Shown here in pieces: positions 51,613 to 61,154 of a DNA stretch of 64,000 nt (positions within the stretch are counted from its first letter, which is position 1; each line of letters starts with the position of its first letter). The DNA comes from Carcharhinus amblyrhynchos (lineage: Eukaryota). A program made the translations under genes and the position numbers. Under the pieces are notes generated by a model. That model made no database searches. It saw nothing but the letters and a program-made list of their open reading frames with translations, and had not been told where the DNA came from. The stretch lies in assembly GCA_965287045.1 (NCBI GenBank), contig OZ336885.1, forward strand, positions 63,550,001-63,614,000. The letters are read 5' to 3'.

Positions 51613-53683
51613 CTGAATACAGAAATAAAAGTTGGCTTACATGAACTTGCGAAGGTTAGAAACGAAAGTTACATCTTGAAAGATCAGCCGAAGTAAGGGC
51701 TAACATATTGTTCCTCTAGTTGCACGTCTAATTATTATTACATTGTGCCCCTTTAAATAAAGTTTCCTCCAAGCGCAGAATGTGAAAAAAAAAGGAATTC
51801 ACCACCTGATTCCAAATCGTATCCTTCAAAGAAATCGCAAGGGCATGGTGAGTTTCTTTGCGAGGATCCGTTTTTTTTGCAGTACCATTAGAGACTGGGA
51901 CCAACATGGCGAATCAAATGATATATGTAAATGTTAACACTGTCGAAGCATATTACTTGAAAAAAAATGTTAAACTCTGTTTGAAATGCGAGGCAATACA
52001 TCGACTTTGCATGTTTTGGGAAGTTGGCAATGCATCACCACACCCCGTCCATTACGTCTGCGTCGAAACGCAGAACGGGCATTGCACACAGCCCTGCCTT
52101 CCGGCACATCCCCTTAACCCCAAACATTTACCATAATAAATCCAAGACTACACAACGTTGCAGATGAAAGCATTTGTTCCTCGGATAAGTGCAGGTAAAC
52201 AGCAGAACTTTTGACTGTGCAGTGAAATTGGATCGGCTGGACAACGCGCAGAGACGGTACCGATGTGCAAACAAAACGCTGAGTTGAAGAAAATCAGAAT
52301 CTCAACAGGGTCTATCACATTCTGTGGTACTAATGATAACTCTCAAGCTCAGTGCTGCTAATGAAACAGCAAAAGAGGCAATGAGAACCCCCTCTACAAT
52401 GTTCATTCAAAATATATGAATTCAATCTGTTGCAATGATGCAGATGGATGACTCATGATGCATAAAATATTTTGGTCATACAATCGATATCACTAAGTAA
52501 ATAACATCTGTTATTACTCATCGTGCTGCTTGCAAGACCTGCAAATTGGCTACCTTGTTTCCCATATTCCATGAGACGTACTGCACTTCACTGACTGCAT
52601 ATCGCAATGGCGAAATTGGACGTACAGAAAATCGATCCCAGTATTTACTACATCGGCGTTCCAATTGATATGGGTTTTTTTTTCTCAGTGAGTCCCCACT
52701 TCTGCGAATATGCCAGAAGCACCTGGCTGAATTGATATCCATATTTTAGTTTCACTGAACGTTTTTTCTTTGCATCTTCATTTTCACAGGAAACAAAATA
52801 ATACGTTTGAAGCATAAAGCAAAAGAGTAACTAGTCTTCATATAGGTCAAATACGTATTTTCCTGTTGGACTTAAACCTGAAATAATTTATGTATTACCT
52901 AAATACTTTAACTATACTTAAAAGAAGAACTAAATTATGCAAATAGGACGACAATCCCTGACCTGCACATAGTATCAAAGTTATACCTCAGCCAAATTGT
53001 CCAAGTGCCTACCCTTGTTTCTTGTCCTGAGCTAGTCTCTTTATTCATTTTGTAAGCGCATACCTTAGGCCTCCTTGATGCTCCATTTCAGCAATTTTTT
53101 TTTCATGTTCTGAAGGGTTTCATTCCTCGTCAATTCAATTTCAGTAAAATGCATTTTTACATTTTTTTATATCGAAACGTCAGTCTCACTTATCAGGATT
53201 CAAAGGAGAAATTGTACCTTTTTCACGTGTCTTAAGCTCTTTGTCTGTGAGGGGGGAAATGTTGCACCAAAGTAGGACAATGTAAAATGCCAATTAAATT
53301 TAGATCAAATGATTTCTCTTATTGTCTACACTAAGTGCAACACTGCGAACCAGAGTTAGAAATATGCGGATTAAATTGTTATTGAAAGTAATGCTTGTCA
53401 CATTATGGGGAGCAATGTATCAGTGTCATTGCACTTCGACAGTCAGACGCAATATTCAGTTCTGATCATCCCAGATTTGTTGGAACACAGGTCAGAGCCC
53501 CTGTAGGGTTCATTTCAGTAAACGAGCCTTCATCGATAAATGGAAATACTGCGTAAGAAAACGTCCTCGAACACATAATGTTTTGTGCGCCCATCTAAGA
53601 TGTTTATTTCTTAAAGCACAGCCGAACTGTTGGTCCATTTGCAGATTTCCAAGGCACTTTTGTTATGATCCAGTTTTTTTTTT

Positions 53684-53970
53684 AGTTTATTTGTTAATGA
53701 AACGAGTGAGCTTACATCAACACTGCAACGAATTTATTGCGAAATAATCTCTGGTCATCACACACCGGTGCCTGCATGTGTATACGGTAGGGAAATTAAT
53801 TCATTAAATACGTCACACAACACGTATTTCGGATCGTGGGAGGGGACCAGAGAAGCCAGAGGAAACCTACCCACAGCCAGGGAGAACGTTCAGACTGTGG
53901 ACAGACTGTCATCCAAGATTGAAATTGAACCTGTTCCAAGGCGCTCTAAGGCAAAAACGTTCTCCATGCT
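53684..53970 (-). mobile_element. V-SINE (same tail family as 694-993), degenerate
   Basis: reverse-complement tail agtttattt...gcttacatcaacactgcaa and V domain ccagaggaaacc...gggagaacg. Confidence 0.78.
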
Positions 53971-54019
53971 CTAGGCTAGATCTACGATCTTGCAACCGCG
54001 GAATGTATGCATTACTCAC

Positions 54020-54046
54020 CATAACTGTCAAAGAATTTTCCAGGAC
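54020..54046 (-). CDS. micro-exon 6, 27 nt, phase 1-1, (C)PGKFFDSY
   Basis: ttttattcaccaattag|gtcctggaaaattctttgacagttatg|gtgagt; needed to avoid a TAG at the exon 5/7 junction. Confidence 0.7.
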
Positions 54047-54533
54047 CTAATTGGTGAATAAAATTCTCGATGTAGTGAATGCGGGCTACGGTTCAATATA
54101 TTTGGAATTATGAACATGTAATTCCGAGAAATAATTATGTTGATATTCATTGACAGCAATGTTTTATGCAAGTATTCTGGACGGAATGTAACTGTGTACG
54201 CAAACTAAAATACTGTGCCACCTGTTCAAATCTGTGCGTGATGGAATTAAATTCCTTGAAAGAATTTGAACGAGATCTGTCGATAAAATATATCTACTAT
54301 CCAATTGTGTATTTTTTCGGATGGAATTAGATATTTAATCTTCAAATATAACTTCCAGAAATGCGTGAAATTCTTTACATTTCTTATATTCATGACATGC
54401 TTTATTCAACAGACAATACGACCAGGAGCCATGAATACTGCGCAAGCAGTATCTTCACAACTTGCAACGGGATACCATGAAATGCAACAAAGTTGCAATA
54501 TGTTAAACAAATCTCAGTGGAAACGATTCTTAC

Positions 54534-54569
54534 ATTTGTTTTCTAAGGCTTTCTTTAATTTGCGGTTTT
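54534..54569 (-). CDS. micro-exon 5, 36 nt, phase 1-1, (E)NRKLKKALENK
   Basis: attttctttttcatattccag|aaaaccgcaaattaaagaaagccttagaaaacaaat|gtaaga; paralog of 28121-28156. Confidence 0.9.
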
Positions 54570-55628
54570 CTGGAATATGAAAAAGAAAATAAATCTTCAA
54601 ATGTGAAATCCGATATCATATCAGTGAAATTAGTATCATATCAGCGATTCTGGTGTCAAATTCTGAAACGGATTTTAGGACCAGAATAGCAATATCCAGT
54701 TTTCAATCTATCTGTTTAGACAAATCATATTATTTCTACCTGCACAAATCGTTCTCTTGCACGCTAAGGGTAGAATACCAACTCACTTTCACGCGCAAGT
54801 ACAGGTGAGACATAAATGACAACACAGCCATAAAATAAACATTTTTATCACTTGCATATTTCAACCCCAGTCCACAGCATTCGCAAATCAATGAAATGGG
54901 GAAGAAGTTTAATTTATGTTGTCATTAATGCAACAGAAACCTCAATTCAGTGACCTTAAAATTGTTCACAGATAAAGACAACTAACGATAGTGATGATGC
55001 CTCGCAAAACATCATTATACGTAAATGCAAGTTCAGCAATGCATTCCCTCCAGGAAACGAATAAATTATTTATCGATGCCTAAAGCGACACATAGCCATT
55101 CTTCTGACTTGTATTGACATTATTATTTTGTCCTTATGTTCAAATACGCATCCTTCAAATTATATACCCATTTGTTATGTCAGTATCGAAAAAATCGTGG
55201 TTGTGCATTAGGCGACAAATTCAAACATCGATGGGCAACGAAAATGAATTATACCATCCCTAAAGTAACGGCTATTGATCTGGATTCGACGGGACACAGC
55301 ACTTCTCTGTAACATTACGCCAACAGATAATAAAATGCCCACTCTAAGCAAATTAACTTGTGAGTAATATGGCATTTTTTTTTATTGTCCAGTGTTTCAG
55401 CAAGTACATACAACTCATCCCTTCTCATTGGGCACAGATTGATAATGTTTTCGCCGCTTCTTCCGTTGAAATCCTCATTTGCTGATGCATTAGTTTCATT
55501 CGCAAAATAATTTACACTGCTTTATATATTGAGCAGCGTTGGTAAGAAACCATTTGCACACACAAAATGATATCAGTGTAACTTTGGAATTGGAGCAGGG
55601 ATTTGGATGTATAAGATATTTCAGTTAC

Positions 55629-55655
55629 CTTTCTCTTTTGGTAGTAATAATGAAG
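55629..55655 (-). CDS. micro-exon 4, 27 nt, phase 1-1, (T)SLLLPKEK
   Basis: ggcatttctttcaag|cttcattattactaccaaaagagaaag|gtaact; paralog of 42523-42549. Confidence 0.85.
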
Positions 55656-55710
55656 CTTGAAAGAAATGCCACAAGCAAAGTGATGGTCATCATAATTATC
55701 ATCAAAATTG

Positions 55711-55901
55711 NNNNNNNNNNNNNNNNNNNNNNNNNNNNNNNNNNNNNNNNNNNNNNNNNNNNNNNNNNNNNNNNNNNNNNNNNNNNNNNNNNNNNNNNNN
55801 NNNNNNNNNNNNNNNNNNNNNNNNNNNNNNNNNNNNNNNNNNNNNNNNNNNNNNNNNNNNNNNNNNNNNNNNNNNNNNNNNNNNNNNNNNNNNNNNNNNN
55901 N
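55711..55901. other. assembly gap (191 N)
   Basis: run of n. Confidence 1.
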
Positions 55902-58900
55902 GTTTCAGAACAAAATTAGTATTTGATTATGCATTAGTACCAAGTCAATCTGACCCATGGACTTTGATAATTCAAAGGCTTAGAGAATTATTCACATGTT
56001 ATTCACTAAAAAGCGGCAATAATAGGACTGATTCAGCCGACATGGTATATTTGTCGCTACAGAAAACGGGAGTGCTAAACTCATGTTTTGTTAAATCGAC
56101 CAAAAACCTATAATGTGCTCACCATCAAGTCTTCATCCCAATACCATTAATCATTGCAAACAATTTCGTGGAAAAAAATAGTAAAGACTTGTTGATTAAT
56201 ACTAATGATGAGGATAACAATAATAATATGATTTTTGTTATCTACATCATTATTGTCTTCATGTAACACCTTTTCTTTTTACATTGTAACATTTTATGCA
56301 TGCAACTACACTCATCTGTCGTTGATGAAAGGCTTCTTTTGTTTAAAAAAATATATAAAAAGATGGGCAGTTGTCAGCCATTCTGTTGGGTGACATGTTC
56401 CACTATTCAGCTAGTTTGCGGACGATCTCCATCAAAGGCATGTTTATTGCTGCTCATATAACTAATGATACGTCTTTATTATCATTTACAAAAAAATGGA
56501 GACGCATCTCTCTTTTGAATGCTTCCAGGATTGAACACCTACAGCCCTCCCAATCGAAGAAAAGAAAACACAAACTGCTTCTCATTGAAAAAAAAATGAC
56601 ATCTCTGTATCTGATAATGTGGATCATGCGTCTAATATTTACAAACAGGGCCTGCGTTATTCGACAGACTCATCACCAGAGCCAAGTGAAAATATGGTTT
56701 GGTACTAAATTATGTTCCCTCATTTATCAAAATGTGCCAGAATAAATGACCTGCCTCTGAACCCTGCGCCAAAGAAGGCATGACAGGCATATTCAGTCAG
56801 AATTTATTGCCCTTCCATTTATGCAAAATGTTTTCCTACTGAAGATATCATGCAAATTTACTGATATGGTTTTATCTGTTATGTCCCCAAGTCTCTGCAC
56901 AGTTGCTGAACCTACTTAATTTAGTCTGAATTTCACCTGAAATGAAGTCAACCATGGTATTTTCCTTCTCCCTTGCCGGTTTTTGACACTGAATCATGAA
57001 CACAATTGCCTCGATATCATCAGAAAGCAACACTTGCCAATTTCTTGTGCGCGAATGCATTTTCTGCATTAGAAACCCCCACCCACCACCCCCGCCCTCC
57101 CCTCCCCACCTGCACCCCCAATTAATTCCACATTATTTTCCAACACTCGGATACAAATCCAATCAACATGTATCATTGAAAAGTATCATCCCTAAATTGC
57201 AGAATTGTATTGCTTTCAAGCCTGCACCAATAGTGGCGTTAACCATGACCTAATTGCTTAAAGCATTATACTTGCTCTGCTGGTCAACCACAGTGAATAG
57301 TCAAACAATCAAATAAGCGCGTTTTAGAGAGTTTGAAAAATTGGGGAAAAAATCTGCATTTTGTTTTCGGCTGGGATTTCAGAGATATCAGAGAAATTAT
57401 TCTTGGGAAGTGTTTTTCGGAGTATGTACAGTCAAATTTTGAGGGATTTTGTTTTTCGTTTTCGTGGGACGGGAGTGCCAGTAGATGCCATACTACATAA
57501 TTCCCATTTCCTCTCCAACCAAAAGCTTTGTCAGTCCATTTCCGAGGGAACATAAAGGACAGACACATTGTTGTGAACCTCGTGTCAACGTAGTTCAGGC
57601 TAAGTAAATGTGTCATTTCTAAGTCGGCCAATGTTATGAGTGAACGTTCTATATTATTAGAAACGTTAACAATCGTCCCATGGTCACGATAAGATGTTTA
57701 ATTTCGGATTTAAATTATTGTGCTTTTTCACGATTGAGTGGAAATGATGTGAATTTTTGGATTCGAACTGCATTGAAAACACCAGTATTATATGGCGTCA
57801 CCTAATCGGGGTGTCTAGGACCATCGGAGGATAAGACAACACTCGTGTATTGCAGTTTTCATGAAAAGCTAATTGTCTGAAAAAGTGATCAGTCTCCATT
57901 TGTTTTTTTATATAACCCGAACAAGCTGAGGAGATTCAGCTGTCGAACAAGTACAAGGCTGATATGGACCCTTTTATGAACTGGAAAAATTCTGATTATG
58001 GACAGAAGGCCGGAAGATCTTTGTAACTTCAGTCATGTCCTAATAACTTAGTCACGCACGATGGATGGGCAAAATTGTCAAGTGTTGTCACTACATCCTA
58101 TGCAATTAGCATCTTATAGTTAAGATCCTTTTAAGAACCTTTCCATTGTTTTCCTTCAAAGCATGGCACCAACAAATTAGTTGCCGGCAAAATGTTTAGA
58201 GATAATGTATTTTGCCCTAACTCAACATTATTGATTCAAATTGTGAATATCTGTGGCCAAGAACTGATCTTTCCACTTTGCACTTCATCAGGGCCTGCAT
58301 GGATGAGAATAAATTATATATTCTGTAACTATTTACTCTAATAATTTCTATTTTGACAGTCACTTCAAACATAATTACACTGTCGAGTTGGAATCGTCGG
58401 TTAAGATTGTCTGAAAGTGAAAATGCACTGTATGGACTGGTTTCTGCTCATTTACGGGAAAATCAAAGCAGACTGAAGTTTTCAACGCAATCGCTTAACA
58501 TTTATAAACTTACGTTGTTACTGCCAAACTCTCCCATTATTTTGTGGGTCAATGTATCACACGCTTAGACAAAGTTGCAGGAAGTTCCATATCGTAGATG
58601 CATGTATAGCAGTTTTTTTTTTCTTCGCGAGTTTCTCGGTGTTGTTCAGGAACATTTCACCAACAGATGATTTTTTTTTAAGTTTGGGTATCTTATGCTC
58701 TGTGTGGAAGCACAAGCTCGTACCACTTGCGGAACAAAACCAGCGTTCTGACAACAACTTCGAGAACAATAATTTAAACTATGCAAAGTAGGTCCTGAAA
58801 TGCGGAGCCCATCATTGCAGCTCATTTGAGGTTATATGGATTCCGATTGGTTACCCTCTGGAGCAACACCGATTCCATATTCTATCACGTTCCCACTACA

Positions 58901-59162
58901 CCACTGATTAATCCACCATTTTTTTTCCACATGCAGTGTCCTTAGTTCGCAAGATTCAGAAAAAGACCTCATAGCATCTGATGGGATTATACTTTTGACA
59001 GTCGTCCAGTTACTGCACACATGTTTATTCTGCAACGTTGCATTATTCACTAAGTCAGAATCCGTGTGCCTGACCAAGGGTACCGCGACATCTTGGCAAG
59101 TGATTTCATGTATTGAATCTATTAAAATATATTTTTGTGCATTCGATGTTTTCAACATGTTA

Positions 59163-59458
59163 CTTTTAATATTGGCGTCACAAGCAGGCTTTCATTTGCG
59201 CTCAATTTTAGTTACTGTGAAAAGCCTCTCGTTTCTGCACTCCAGAGCTTTCGTAAACTCTCTGGTAGAATTAGCATATCCAATGCATCCAACCAGAAAG
59301 TCTTTTGGACGGTGGAAGTGAATCTATCGAATCAGAGGAAACATACACACGCATGGGAAGAACGTGCAGACTCGGCACAGACTGAGACCTGCAAAGAATC
59401 TGACTTGTGTCACAGGTGTTCTTTGGCAGCAACGCAAACCACACTGTGCCGTGCTGCT
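59163..59458 (-). mobile_element. V-SINE (same tail family as 694-993), degenerate
   Basis: gtcacaagcaggct...gttactgtgaaaag tail; gaagaacgtgcagactc V domain; head ccacactgtgccgtgc. Confidence 0.78.
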
Positions 59459-60012
59459 CGAGCTACCATGTTGTCCTACGTTTAAACCATCTAATTTAGC
59501 ACAGACGGAACAACCATCATCTACCTTTTTTTTGGTTATCATTTACGTTAATTTTGTCTTTAGGCTCAGTGCACCATTTTTGTAGTCACACGCTAAAGCA
59601 TTTACTGACGCTGATTGTTTTCTAAAATGTTTTATCTCACGTATTATCATCGGAAAGGAACTGATTTATTACTCACATTTATACATGATAAATTAAGTTC
59701 ATACTCCTCGAAGGTTAAAAACGACGGCTGGAATAGTATGCAAATTAAGTTCGAAAGGTATAAAATGAGCAAAGAAACGATCACGTACAGCCCAATCAGT
59801 GAGAGTTAGTGTCTATTTCAACATGGTGAATATGTTTCGGAACATATCCTATCTAGAATTAACCCTGCAATCATTCATGTGTTAGTTGAACAATTTTTTT
59901 TTGGGGGGGGGGGGGCTTAAGTTCTCCTGGTGTATTTTGATTACAAATACATATTTTATTACACTGTAGAGTACCACTCTCCGCTGCGAGGGAATTACAA
60001 TATGCTACTTAC

Positions 60013-60039
60013 TCAATTTCTCAACAAGATTCTCGAGTT
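60013..60039 (-). CDS. micro-exon 3, 27 nt, phase 1-1, (E)LENLVEKL
   Basis: aattgtttccttgcag|aactcgagaatcttgttgagaaattga|gtaagt. Confidence 0.88.
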   Translation of the reverse strand, partial: NSRILLRN

Positions 60040-60224
60040 CTGCAAGGAAACAATTATGAGTTGGAACTTTTCAGCATTGTAACACTAATAATCATGTGGC
60101 TGTGCCCAACGAAATACCTTGCTACATCCATTCATTTTGCATAAGTCCATTGACTTGTTGTGTATGACATTTCATTTGATATTTGCAGAGTAAGGAGCAT
60201 GCATTATCAGTAGTTTATAAATCC

Positions 60225-60277
60225 AGCACACAGAGACGCCCAATTTGAGTCAGCAGCGCTAACTGCTGTGCCACCGT
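60225..60277 (-). mobile_element. SINE tRNA-head fragment
   Basis: gagtcagcagcgctaactgctgtgccaccgt is the reverse complement of the SINE head. Confidence 0.6.
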
Positions 60278-60632
60278 TTTGACTTTTATATTCCTCAAAT
60301 AAACCTTCATCCTTGGAACCCCGAAATAGTTGACCTCCGCTTTGCTGCGACCAATAACATTATCGGGGTCTCTCGAATGGGGACCGAAGCAGTTGTCTGT
60401 AATTCTCCAGTCTGCAATGCAATGCAAATTCTACATTTCTTTCCATAAGCACATGACTGGCTACCTGCTGCCCTGTATTTTAACCCACATTTCGAATTTT
60501 CACATTGAAATGGAGCGGTGCAGCTGAGTTAATACTTCTAATATTGTGCCGAGAACACCATGTCTGAGCCTTTCAATAAAACGAGAAATGCAGGTGGAAC
60601 ATCCTGTTATTGTTTTAAGTATGTTTTCTCAC

Positions 60633-60659
60633 CTTTGTATTTATTATCGAAGTCATCGC
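60633..60659 (-). CDS. micro-exon 2, 27 nt, phase 1-1, (R)DDFDNKYK
   Basis: attattgcccatag|gcgatgacttcgataataaatacaaag|gtgaga. Confidence 0.8.
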
Positions 60660-60783
60660 CTATGGGCAATAATTAATGAAATGTTATCGATCCACTCGAA
60701 ACGGAGAACAAATCTAAAAATGTTGATGTTGATGTTTCAAGGCAATATGAGAAGTCAAACGTAAAGGAGAGGCATATACTTAC

Positions 60784-60810
60784 GTTTTTCACGACGTGTT
60801 AGTTCATTCT
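60784..60810 (-). CDS. micro-exon 1 (first seen in the window), 27 nt, phase 1-1, (x)NELTRREK
   Basis: gatttattgtag|agaatgaactaacacgtcgtgaaaaac|gtaagt. Confidence 0.78.
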
Positions 60811-61154
60811 CTACAATAAATCACTTCATGAGAAACTGACTAAAATTCAGATGCAACATCTAATGAATAAAAGTAATGACAATTTTGTAAAGAAATGCTT
60901 AAATTTGTATTATATAACTGAAAGCAACAATTTATTAATATCATAACCTCCAGATTTGGAAATAACATGCAGGCACAGATAATGCAGGTAAATATTGCTG
61001 CCACAATAAATGCCTTGATGATCTTGCTTAATAAATATCAGCTGTGTAAATGGATCTGCGTGTAAAACTTTGTGTTTCCTACATCAGTCTTCTGCGGCGA
61101 ACTTAAATTATGAGATAGCATAAAATAGCAGATAATTATTTGGTAGCAATTTTA

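Noticed and set aside
53064-53109. Minus-strand 46-nt segment EHEKKIAEMEHQGGL, coiled-coil-like
   Set aside because: Asymmetric length would shift the frame; weak pyrimidine tract.
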